Positions 8,961 through 18,001 of a stretch of 64,000 nucleotides of DNA are shown here, piece by piece. This DNA comes from Gemmatimonadota bacterium (GTDB lineage Bacteria > Gemmatimonadota > Gemmatimonadetes > Longimicrobiales > Gaopeijiaceae). The stretch lies in the NCBI GenBank assembly GCA_034521595.1, contig JAXHMG010000003.1, positions 960,001-1,024,000 on the forward strand, in the 5' to 3' direction. The first letter of the stretch is position 1, and every line of letters starts with the position of its first letter. The notes under the pieces were generated by a model. That model saw nothing but the letters and a program-made list of their open reading frames with translations. It did not search any database and was not told the DNA's origin. The position numbers and the translations under genes were made by a program.

Positions 8961-10010
8961 TCAGCTCCCAGTGTCGAGGATACGGAGAAGCACGAACGGA
9001 TCGTGGGCGTCGGACGGATTCCGAAGCACCAATCCGCGTCCCTCACGGTCGCGCCCCAACAGACCGGCGTCCGCGAGGCGAATCGATGCGATGCGATGAA
9101 GTAGGTTAGGCGGCGCTGGAGCGAAGAGTGCAATTTCCCCCCCCTCAAGGGGGTTCCACCGCACCGACTCTTGGTTACCCATCTCTGCCGTCCGCACTTG
9201 AACCAAGGCGCGGCAGCCTGGGAGCGCTACAACACTTCGAACGTGGGGGCGGTCCTCGGCGAGAGTCGACTGCCGGTTGGGGACGTCAGGCCATCGTTCG
9301 GAAGGGTCCCAAACTCCCGCCGCTAGCTGACGGCCCTCGTAGTCAAAAGCCCGCAGGCTATCCGAAAAGGTCGATGCGGCGAAGATGCATCCGTCGAAGG
9401 CGTCTGCGAGGATGCGCTCGGCGCTCTCGATGGCGGGATTGGTCCGATACCACTCGGAGAGGGCCATGAAGGACGCCTCCACGGAACCCTGGAAATCGAT
9501 GACCTCGAGGAGCCCCGCTCCATCTGTGGCCGACTGATAGACAGCAAGGAGCCGATCGGGGCCCAAATATCTAATCGCGATGGGCTGGCGTGCACGGCGA
9601 TCCTGGACCAGGGAAGTGCGCGATATCTCGGATCCGAGGTTGTCTAGAAGAACAAGCTGTGAGTCGAGGAAGTCATACGCTCCAACGCCGCGCTCCATTG
9701 GGAAGACAGAAAGGACCGTGCCAAACTGTCCGGGGCCGCGTCCAGCGGAGCCGATTGTCCTCAAACGGTGACCACCGTGCGAATACACCTTGATGTTGCG
9801 GTCCGAGAAGTCGACCACCCAGAACGAACTATCTAACCGCTCAACGACCTCCCATGGTCGTGCCAGAATGGATTCTGACCCGTCCCGGAGTTCCGCGACG
9901 CGTTCGATAACAAGCTCCGGCGAGCGAGAGACTGTGGGCTTCTCGATCGCGAGTGATGCAAGGCCGAGGCAACAGAAGACTGCCGTCAGTCCGGAACGTG
10001 TTCGATACAT
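8961..10010 (-). CDS. 6-bladed beta-propeller exported protein (paralogue 6)
   Basis: Signal peptide, WVVDFSDRNIKVY...GSAGRGPGQF, RBS GGAGG. Confidence 0.8.
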   Translation of the reverse strand: MYRTRSGLTAVFCCLGLASLAIEKPTVSRSPELVIERVAELRDGSESILARPWEVVERLDSSFWVVDFSDRNIKVYSHGGHRLRTIGSAGRGPGQFGTVLSVFPMERGVGAYDFLDSQLVLLDNLGSEISRTSLVQDRRARQPIAIRYLGPDRLLAVYQSATDGAGLLEVIDFQGSVEASFMALSEWYRTNPAIESAERILADAFDGCIFAASTFSDSLRAFDYEGRQLAAGVWDPSERWPDVPNRQSTLAEDRPHVRSVVALPGCRALVQVRTAEMGNQESVRWNPLEGGEIALFAPAPPNLLHRIASIRLADAGLLGRDREGRGLVLRNPSDAHDPFVLLRILDTGS

Positions 10011-10136
10011 CGACCAACCTCCGAGAATCGCTGCCTGGGTATGGGACCCACATTGAGGGGCTGAAACCGCTCCTACAAGACGTCGTCGTAAGCCCGACGG
10101 AATGACATATTTTCGACGGTCCGCCCCATCGGAGGC

Positions 10137-10442
10137 TCAGGCGTCTTCAAGCTCCCTTTCGAGCACCTGCAGGTACTCTGAGATGCGTGCTATAGCATCG
10201 ATGGATCTCGGCGAGGAGGGGCCAAGTCCATCGGGGGGAGGTGGGAGTAGTTCCCTGATATCGGTATTCAATGCCTCTGACACTCCGACGAGCACTTCCA
10301 CGCTGAGTTTTGACCTGGACATCTGGGACACCAATGTCGTTCGAGGAACGCCCGCCTCGTCGGCTAGCCATGTCCAAGACCTACTGCCAAGCCGACGTGT
10401 AATTTGTCTCCGGATGTACTCCTGAAGATTGCGCCCACGCAT
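10137..10442 (-). CDS. XRE/Cro-type HTH transcriptional regulator
   Basis: SWTWLADEAGVPRTTLVSQM...VSEALNTDIRELL, RBS GGGAGG. Confidence 0.7.
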   Translation of the reverse strand: MRGRNLQEYIRRQITRRLGSRSWTWLADEAGVPRTTLVSQMSRSKLSVEVLVGVSEALNTDIRELLPPPPDGLGPSSPRSIDAIARISEYLQVLERELEDA

Positions 10443-10713
10443 CGCAAACCTCCCGCCCTAACGAGCCAAACCTCAGACTCCACCTCCACCTCCTTTTCGG
10501 CTCTATGCCGGATAAGTGCACCGACCGAAGGACCTACGGGAGGGCATTTTCACCGAATCGCGAGCAATTTCACCAGAACGTGACACGCACGTCCTCGACG
10601 CCGATCGAGAACACCGCCGATACGCTGCTGTCCCGAACTTGCGAACCTCCTCCAAGGCGCGTAGGGTGCTTTCTGGGGCGATCCAGCCCTTGGGGCAGGA
10701 GGCGTTGTGGATC

Positions 10714-11578
10714 ATGGGCGACCCGTCTAGCGCTGTCCGGATTGAGGGATCCCGGCCTGGGTTCTCGAAGGAGCACTATGTCCCGGTCCTCTTGGAACGG
10801 CCCCGGACCGGAATGGACCGGCTCCTGGAGTCGCCGTACAGGCGATACGCGGATCGAGCGGAATTCGAGGCGGTCTTGACCGAGGTGCCCCTCGCTTTGG
10901 TGGTCGTCGATGACGCCGAGCCCGGATTCCGAGCTTGGTTCCGCACCCTCCGCCTCCGGCACCCGGCCACTCGGTTCGTTTGTCTCGCTCCCCTCCAGGG
11001 TCCGGTGGCGCGGGAAATCGTGCGAGCGCACCCCGACGACGTCGTGTGGTGGCCGGATGAGTTGGGGGGACTTCAACCGCCGTGTCGGACGGTTGGCGGA
11101 ATACAGCCCGCGCGGCTGTTTGGAGCGGATGCTCGAGGGGGCCGGGTCTTTCCACCTGACCACCGGCGTCGCCATCCGAAGGATGTGCGACTTGCGACAA
11201 CCGGCCGTGACGCAGGTGCAGGTGTTGGCGCGGGAGGTGGTGCACGCGAGCGAGACGAAGCTTCGGACGGATTGGCGAAAGGATTTCGGGCACTGGCCGG
11301 TCAAGTCCGTGATCCATTGGGTGCTCTGGTTGCGTGCCGCCTGCCTGTTCGATCCGGCCTGGACCACCGAGCGGAACAGACTGCGAATCGCGATGGAGCT
11401 CGGTATTCACGAATCGACGCTCGACCGGATCTCGAAGAAGGTCACCGGGCGGACGTTCGCCCGGAGCATGGCTGAGCCCCACCTCGGAAGGTCGCTCGAG
11501 GCGTTCGAAGCGCTCTGGAGAGCGGTTCCGTTCCCATCGCCCCATTCCGGCACCCATCCCCGCCACCCAACGTTTTGA
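10714..11578 (+). CDS. Pseudo-receiver plus AraC-like HTH regulator (frameshift at G-run ~11064-11069; start uncertain)
   Basis: ORF 10516 supplies LALVVVDD...RLRHPATRFVCL. ORF 10910 supplies LAREVVHASETKLRTDW...IAMELGIHESTLDRISKKVTG (HTH). Confidence 0.55.
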
Positions 11579-11635
11579 CCCACCTCACGCGTCACACTAA
11601 TGTCGCGGATATCGGGCGGTCCGGTCGCCGCCCGC
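11365..11635 (+). repeat. 271-bp direct repeat, copy 1
   Basis: Aligns by eye without gaps to 16497-16767, with about 6 mismatches. Confidence 0.95.
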
Positions 11636-11712
11636 ATCTGACGTCACCGGCTCGGCCCCGGGGCCGAGCCCGTTCTCGACCGACGTGCCCCAACCGGTCA
11701 CGGGTGCCGAGG

Positions 11713-11875
11713 ATGTGACGTTTCCCTGAACCTCGGTGACCTTGCGCGCCTTCTTGAGTTCGGGCTCGGCCCGCTTCCGGAGCTTCTCGGCCTCGCTCTC
11801 GGACGGGTGGCCCCGCTTGTGGCCCCGACGGCGGCCAAGTGCGTGCAGGGCGCCCTCGTCCCGCTGCTTGCGGAC
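11713..11875 (-). mobile_element. IS3-family OrfA transposase remnant
   Basis: RKQRDEGALHALGRRRGHKRGHP...EKLRKRAEPELKKARKVTEVQGNV resembles the C-terminal leucine-zipper part of IS3-type OrfA. Confidence 0.55.
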
Positions 11876-12039
11876 GGGATCAAGCCGGTGGTGACAGTAG
11901 CCGCTCTTTGGCTGTCCCAACTTGCGCCCTCCGCCGCCGCCAAAGAGGACCCCCGGCCCACTCTACTACCCCAGGTCCGTGAGAGTCGGCGATGTCCCGC
12001 AAGAAAAGGGTTGCGCATCCCCCACCGCTGCCCGTACTG

Positions 12040-12161
12040 TGATAAGAACTGCACTGCAGTTTTATTTTGGCCGTGGAGCCACGATGGATACGAGAGTTGA
12101 GCAGTTGGAGCTCGCGTGGCAGACCGGAAAAGACGTGGGCGCCGGTGTGGTTTACATGGGC
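12040..12161 (+). pseudogene. Internally deleted padR remnant with upstream inverted repeat
   Basis: EQL...AWQTGKDVGAGVVYMG matches EQL...ARQTGKDIAAGAVYTG of padR at 13363. The upstream ACTGCACTG and GTGGAG..ACGATG are also shared. Confidence 0.7.
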
Positions 12162-12230
12162 CAACGACGTGGCTCTTGGTACCCATCGGACCGTTCGTCG
12201 AGAGACGCTCCGTATCAGAAATTGAGGAAC

Positions 12231-13295
12231 ATGCGAAAGTCACACGATTTGTCGCTCCGCCCGGCGCTCGTCGGCCTAGCCCTTGTCCTCTTTATACTCG
12301 CCGGTGGAGGATGCGAACCGGGATCCGGAGAAACAGTAGCAAATGCTTCGCAGTCATCGCAATCAGGCCGCGACGCGGAAGGGTGGCTTGGGGAAGCGGA
12401 ATTCTCAATCGGTGTGCTTGAGGGTGATGACGATCAAGTTCTCGGCAAGATAGCAGCCGTGGCAGTCCCGGAGAGTGGCTCAATCATAGTCGCGGATTCC
12501 TGGGCGGGAGACCTTCGCCTCTTCGATGCCGGTGGTCGGCACGTGAAGACCGTAGGCAGGGCAGGCGCCGGGCCAGGTGAATATACGGCTATCGGGGCCG
12601 TATTATCTGAAGGGGATCGAGTGATCGCTATCGATCGCACGGGTAAGTTTACTGAGTACGACAACGATTTGAACATGAACCGAGAAGTGCGGCTTCCGTT
12701 TCTCCCAATGAAGCCCGGATGCCTTCTGGACGACAGGTTGGTATTGGGCGAGAGCATAGGGGAATCGCGACGACCTTTTCACATCGTCGAGTTGAACGGC
12801 ACTGTCATCGGATCCCTGGGGGTCTGGCAGGAGAGCGAATCAGGAGCCATGCGCAATCAAAAGGGAGAGGGTGACTTTGATTGTGCGGATGGGGTCTTGG
12901 TGCATGCGACGAGTGCCGACGGTGTCATCAGAGGGTGGGATCTCGTAAGTGGGAAGCTGAGGTGGGAGGAGGAGATTCCTGACTACATGGAGCTAGTATA
13001 TCGGCAACTCGACGGTGGAGCCGTGGAGGTTGGTCTGCCAGATGGTGTATCAGCATACGACCGAGTCGAGGGCCTCACTTCTACGGGAGACGGGCTCTTG
13101 CTGCAGGTTGGCAGACGAAGAGCGGAGGATCCAACAGTGGTGGTTGGTATGCGCTCTTGGTTAGTCGATTCAGAGACGGGAACGCTGACACCTCTGCCGT
13201 CCGATATCCCCCGGGTGACAGCTGCGAGTCACTCCCGGATTGTTACTCTGCAGGAGATACCATTTCCGCAGATTACAGTGTACGAAAGGCGGTAG
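12231..13295 (+). CDS. 6-bladed beta-propeller lipoprotein (paralogue 7)
   Basis: RBS GAGGA, lipobox AGGGC, motif GRAGAGPGEY. Confidence 0.8.
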   Translation: MRKSHDLSLRPALVGLALVLFILAGGGCEPGSGETVANASQSSQSGRDAEGWLGEAEFSIGVLEGDDDQVLGKIAAVAVPESGSIIVADSWAGDLRLFDAGGRHVKTVGRAGAGPGEYTAIGAVLSEGDRVIAIDRTGKFTEYDNDLNMNREVRLPFLPMKPGCLLDDRLVLGESIGESRRPFHIVELNGTVIGSLGVWQESESGAMRNQKGEGDFDCADGVLVHATSADGVIRGWDLVSGKLRWEEEIPDYMELVYRQLDGGAVEVGLPDGVSAYDRVEGLTSTGDGLLLQVGRRRAEDPTVVVGMRSWLVDSETGTLTPLPSDIPRVTAASHSRIVTLQEIPFPQITVYERR

Positions 13296-13362
13296 CTGGC
13301 CCGAGGTTGCTGCGACATTCTCTAAAAGGTGATACTGCACTGATTGTGGCTGTGGAGAGACG

Positions 13363-13717
13363 ATGAGCAGGGGGCTCGGAGAGTTTGAGCAGTTGCTGCT
13401 TTTCGCGGTGCTCCGGTTGGGGAAGGAGGCGTACGGTGTGCGGATCCGGCAGGAGATCGCGCGGCAGACCGGAAAAGACATCGCCGCCGGTGCGGGTCTA
13501 CACCGGCTTGGATCGGCTCCATAGCCGCGGCTACGTCACCTCTTACCAGGCAGAGGCGCCGCCGAGCCGGCGTGGCCGTCCGAGGAAGTACTATCGAGTC
13601 GAGCCTGAAGGAGCCCGTGCGCTCCAGTCGACCTACGGGAACGTCCGCCGCATGGCCGAAGGGGTGCTCGATGACCTGAATGCGCTGGCCGACGCTCCTG
13701 CCGGGGGCAGCACATGA
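13363..13717 (+). CDS. PadR-family regulator (+1 frameshift near 13495)
   Basis: MSRGLGEFEQLLLFAVLRLGKEAYGVRIRQEI...GA / VYTGLDRL...GRPRKYYRV. The stop overlaps the ATG of the ADOP gene. Confidence 0.85.
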
Positions 13718-16401
13718 CTCCCCGGCCACCGCTTCTGCCCAGGGCACTCTTGCGGCTAATCCCGAGACCGCATCGGGATGTTATCGCGGGCGACCTAGAG
13801 GAGGAGTATCTCGAGACCGTCCTCCCCGAACGGGGCGCCAGAGCGGCGAACAGATGGTACTGGGCACAGACGATCGGGTCGGTAGTAGCGTTCCTCAGGG
13901 TCCCCTCGGGCAGAAATGGACTATCGCGGTCGCCCCCACCGCTCTTCCGTGAGATGCGTCACGCCGCCGTAACGCTTCGGCGGCGTCCGGGATTCGCGTT
14001 GCTCGCCGTCCTCACCCTCGGGGCCGGCATCGGCGCCAGCGTTTCCGTCTATTCTGTCGCCCATTGGGTCCTCCTCAGGCCGGTCTCCGGTGTCGAGGAT
14101 CCCGATCGCCTTGTACGGGTGTCTCTGGAGACGGAGACGGGAAATTCCACCACGTTCAGCCTTCTGAACCTCCAGGACCTGGTGGCTTCGGCGCCCGCGA
14201 TCTCACGTGGGGCCGGCTCTATCGCGACGATTCTGCAGGTTTCTACAGGCACTAGAGGGAGTGCGAGGAGCATCCCCACGGAAATTGTCACCGGGGATTA
14301 CTTCAAGACTCTCGGAGTGGAGGCGCACTTCGGGCGTCTCTTGAGGAGGGACGAGGCCGAAGGGACGGTAGCCCCACGGGCCGCTGTTATCGGATACGGC
14401 CTCTCGACATCGCTTTTCGACGGTCAAGCCGGTGCCCTCGGGGAAACGATCCACGTCAACGGGCTGCAGTTCACGATTGTTGGTGTGGCGCCGCCGGGAT
14501 TCCACGGTACCGACCGCCTCACTCCCGTGGATCTGTGGCTCGGCGCAGCGGCCTATCCTGCACTCCGCCGCTTCCCGCCGTCGTCGGACCTGCACTTGGG
14601 GAACCGAGGCGCACGGTTCTTCAGCCTCATGGTCGGACGGCTGGCGCCGGGGGCCGGTTTGGAGGAGGCACAGGAGCAACTGCAGTCGGGGATGCTCCGC
14701 CTCATCCAGGCATATCCCGACGAGAACGGGATCCACGAAGAGTATCGGCCACGTGCCATCCGGGGCCTGGGTGCGGACGCACAGACGCGCGAGGCGTTAA
14801 GCACATCCCTCTATCGACTGTCGGGGATGGTACTATTCATTCTCATCATCGCATGCGCAAACGTGGCCAATCTCCTGGTGCTGCGAGGGATCCATCGCCG
14901 GGGTGAGGTCGCCGTTCGTCGAGCCCTGGGAGCGTCCAGAGGGCACATGCTGCTCCAGTCGCTATCCGAAAGTCTGATGTTGGCCTTACCGGCCGCGGGG
15001 GTTGGCGTGGCCCTCGCGCTCTACCTCAATCGACTGCTCTGGACATCCGGCTTCCTCTTCACGGGATCCCTTGAGGAGGTGCCCCTCCATGGTAGCGCGG
15101 TCCTCTTCGCAGTCGCGCTCAGTGTGGCCACTACGGTGATCTTCGGCACGATCCCAGGAGTCGCGGCGACCAAAGTTAAGGTTGGTGAGCAGCTCAAGGG
15201 GACGGCCCAAACCGTCACTTCAGGAGGATGGCTCCTCAAGAGTGGCCTCACGGTCCTGCAACTCTCGGCCTCGATTGCTATCCTTGCATCCGCGCTCCTC
15301 CTGGCTCGGTCCATGGCCCATCTCAGCAGCGTCGACATAGGCTTCGAGGCGCGGGGGCTGCACCAGTATGTATTCGATCCAGCTCCTCAAGGATACGACC
15401 GGGACGAGGTGGTCGATCTGCACCGCCAAGCGCTCGAGCGTGTGACGGCCCTCCCGAGTGTGGCCGCCGCCACCGGCTCGGTCCACCCTCCGTTCTCCGA
15501 CGTCGTTACCCGTTACAGCATCGGGCCGACGGGGGAGGAGGGTGCAAGGGAGATGGTTCACGTCGATTGGATTGCTGAGAACTTCTTCGACGTGCTGCGA
15601 ATCCCCGTCATCGAGGGGCGTGCCTTCCAGCGAGAGGAAGTGATATCGGGAGAGCTGGAGCCCGAAGTCGCCGTTATCGGGCACCGTGTCGCTCGAACGC
15701 TCTTTGGAGACGCTCCAGCCGTCGGCCGCACCTTCGCGCTCCAAACGTCCAGCGGCAGCTTCACCCCGACGATCGTGGGAGTCGTGAATGATGTCCGAGG
15801 CTTTGATGTGCGTGACGACGCTGAGCCGAAGATCTACCTACCGCTCTTATCCGGCCGAGGAGATCCGATCAAGATCCTGGTCCGCTCGCCCTTTCCGCCG
15901 GAGCAGATCGGCGATGAGGTGCGCTTCGCTGTGGGTTTCGTCGAGCCGCGAGTGCCGGTAGAGGGCCCGGTGTCCATGACTGAACGTTTGGATCGGCAGC
16001 TTGCGGAGCAACGGACACTCCTACGCCTCGTCGGTCTGCTCTCGGTCTTCGCCGTCGGCCTCAGCGTTGTCGGCATCTACACGATCGTTGCCTATTCGGT
16101 AACGGTGCGGAGGCGCGAGTTCGGGATTCGAATGGCGCTCGGAGCGGGGCGTCGTCGGATTCTCGCGAGCGTGCTGCGGCGAGCCCTCGCGCTCGGGGCG
16201 GTGGGAGCAGGGGTCGGGCTGGGCTTGACGTTTATGAGTAGCCGGCTCATCCGAGCGGTGCTCTTCGGCGTCGGCCCCGCCGACCCCATATCCGTTTTGG
16301 GGGCCGCTGGGATCATGCTTCTGGTTGTACTTCTGGCGACGGCTCTTCCAGCCGTCTCCGCTACTCGTACGGACCCAAGTGCGCCGATTCGCGCCGAATG
16401 A
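13714..16401 (+). CDS. ADOP-family duplicated ABC permease (MacB/FtsX-type)
   Basis: 895 aa with IAGDLEEEY N-terminus, IACANVANLL, RRGEVAVRRALGA and RRREFGIRMALGA. PadR-ADOP pairing is typical. Confidence 0.9.
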   Translation: MTPRPPLLPRALLRLIPRPHRDVIAGDLEEEYLETVLPERGARAANRWYWAQTIGSVVAFLRVPSGRNGLSRSPPPLFREMRHAAVTLRRRPGFALLAVLTLGAGIGASVSVYSVAHWVLLRPVSGVEDPDRLVRVSLETETGNSTTFSLLNLQDLVASAPAISRGAGSIATILQVSTGTRGSARSIPTEIVTGDYFKTLGVEAHFGRLLRRDEAEGTVAPRAAVIGYGLSTSLFDGQAGALGETIHVNGLQFTIVGVAPPGFHGTDRLTPVDLWLGAAAYPALRRFPPSSDLHLGNRGARFFSLMVGRLAPGAGLEEAQEQLQSGMLRLIQAYPDENGIHEEYRPRAIRGLGADAQTREALSTSLYRLSGMVLFILIIACANVANLLVLRGIHRRGEVAVRRALGASRGHMLLQSLSESLMLALPAAGVGVALALYLNRLLWTSGFLFTGSLEEVPLHGSAVLFAVALSVATTVIFGTIPGVAATKVKVGEQLKGTAQTVTSGGWLLKSGLTVLQLSASIAILASALLLARSMAHLSSVDIGFEARGLHQYVFDPAPQGYDRDEVVDLHRQALERVTALPSVAAATGSVHPPFSDVVTRYSIGPTGEEGAREMVHVDWIAENFFDVLRIPVIEGRAFQREEVISGELEPEVAVIGHRVARTLFGDAPAVGRTFALQTSSGSFTPTIVGVVNDVRGFDVRDDAEPKIYLPLLSGRGDPIKILVRSPFPPEQIGDEVRFAVGFVEPRVPVEGPVSMTERLDRQLAEQRTLLRLVGLLSVFAVGLSVVGIYTIVAYSVTVRRREFGIRMALGAGRRRILASVLRRALALGAVGAGVGLGLTFMSSRLIRAVLFGVGPADPISVLGAAGIMLLVVLLATALPAVSATRTDPSAPIRAE

Positions 16402-16496
16402 GGTGAACGTTCGACGCCGGTGTTCCGCTCAGTGCGCGCACAGCGGGCGGGGGTCCCCCCCGTGCCGGAAGCCTGTAGGTCCGATTGTTCCGACAG

Positions 16497-16767
16497 CACC
16501 GAGCGGAACAGACTGCGAATCGCGATGGAGCTCGGCGTTCACGAATCGACGCTCGACCGGATCTCGAAGAAGGTCACCGGGCAGACGTTCGCCCGGAGCA
16601 TGGCTGAGCCCCACCTCGGAAGGTCGCTCGAGGCGTTCGAAGCGCTCTGGAGAGCGGTTCCGTTCCCATCGCCCCATTCCGGCGCCCACCCCCGCCACCC
16701 AACGTTTTGACCCACCTCACGCGTCACACTAATGTCGCGGACATCGGGCGGTCCGGTCGCCGCCCGC
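16497..16767 (+). repeat. 271-bp direct repeat, copy 2 (3' fragment of the AraC-like gene plus RND upstream region)
   Basis: Near-identical to 11365-11635. Confidence 0.95.
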
Positions 16768-16786
16768 TCACCTACGAGGCCACGCG

Positions 16787-18001
16787 ATGAGCTTTTCGAG
16801 ACGGACCCTGAGCCTGGTCACCGTGCTCCTCATTCTGGGGACGTTGGGGGCCGGTGTGCTGTGGCGGCTTCAGGACGCCGAGCCCGGGGAGGAATCGGAC
16901 ACCGCGGGGAGCGTCGTGGAGGGCGCCGAGGAGGTGACGGGCGCCGTGGCGGGCGCGTCACAGTTCTCGACCGACGTGCCGCAGCCGGTGACGGGCGCCG
17001 AGGCGATCCGCGACACCCTCTGGATCCGCGTGACGGCGGCCGGGCAGGCGGAGGCGTTCCGTCGGGCGACGGTGACGGCCCAGGTGGAGGGCTGGGTCGA
17101 GGACGTGCCGGTGCGGGAGAACGATCCGGTGACGCGCGGTGCGGTGCTCACCGTGGTCGATTCCACCGAGTACGCGCTCCAGGTGGACCAGGCCAGAGCC
17201 GATCTGCTGACGGCCGAGGCGGACTTCCAGGAGATGGTCCTCTTCGAGGACGAGATCGAGGATCCCGAGGTGCGAGCGGAGCGGCGGCGGGTGGCTCGCT
17301 CCCGGAGCGGCCTCGACCAACGGGAGGTGGAGCTTCGCCGGGCCGAGCTGGAGTTGGAGCGGACGCGGGTTACCGCTCCGTTCGCCGGGCGCGTGGCCAA
17401 CCTTCGCGTGGTGGAAGGGCAGTACGTGACCCCGGGCACCGAGCTCGGCACGGTGGTGGAGCTCGATCCGATCAAGGTGGAGGTCCAGGTCCTCGAGTCC
17501 GAGCTCGCCTTCCTCTCGGAAGGTCGGAGCGCCCAGGTCACGTTCGCGGCCTATCCGGGCGAGCGGTTCACGGGCCGCATCGAGACCATCAACCCGGTGG
17601 TGGACCCGGAGAGCCGCACGGGGCGGGTGACGGTGCACCTTCCCAACCCGGAGGGGCGCATCAAGCCGGGCATGTACGCCGAGGTCTCGCTCGACGCCGA
17701 AGCGCTGCCGGACCGGGTGATGGTGCCCCGCTCGGCGATCCTCGAGCGCGGTGAAGGGCGCCGCCGCACGATGCTCTTCGTCTATGACGACAGCGGGGAC
17801 GTGGGGCTCGCGAAGTGGCGCTACGTGAACACGGGGCGGGAGAACGACACCCATGTGGAGCTGCTTCGCGAGGGGCCCGAGCAGGACTTCGTGGAGCCGG
17901 GCGAGGTCGTGCTGGTGGACGGGCACCACTACCTGGCGCACGACACACCGGTCCGCCTGGTCGAGGACGTCCAGGCCGAGGGAGGGCGTCCGGGTGCGTG
18001 A
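16787..18001 (+). CDS. RND efflux periplasmic adaptor (MFP)
   Basis: N-terminal TM, VTAPFAGRV, INPVVDPESRT, IKPGMYA. Confidence 0.92.
   Translation: MSFSRRTLSLVTVLLILGTLGAGVLWRLQDAEPGEESDTAGSVVEGAEEVTGAVAGASQFSTDVPQPVTGAEAIRDTLWIRVTAAGQAEAFRRATVTAQVEGWVEDVPVRENDPVTRGAVLTVVDSTEYALQVDQARADLLTAEADFQEMVLFEDEIEDPEVRAERRRVARSRSGLDQREVELRRAELELERTRVTAPFAGRVANLRVVEGQYVTPGTELGTVVELDPIKVEVQVLESELAFLSEGRSAQVTFAAYPGERFTGRIETINPVVDPESRTGRVTVHLPNPEGRIKPGMYAEVSLDAEALPDRVMVPRSAILERGEGRRRTMLFVYDDSGDVGLAKWRYVNTGRENDTHVELLREGPEQDFVEPGEVVLVDGHHYLAHDTPVRLVEDVQAEGGRPGA

Noticed and set aside
11636-11642. ATCTGAC as the partner core of the attC-like end at 8141, which would define a 3.5-kb cassette
   Set aside because: Only a 7-bp match with no extended complementarity and no attC hairpin, so it could be chance.
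11922-12230. N-terminal extension of the 457-aa ORF, and similar extensions of ORFs 6693..8057 and 8435..9148
   Set aside because: The extensions run through a padR remnant, an attC-like repeat or the neighbouring gene. Internal ATGs with an RBS and signal peptide fit better.
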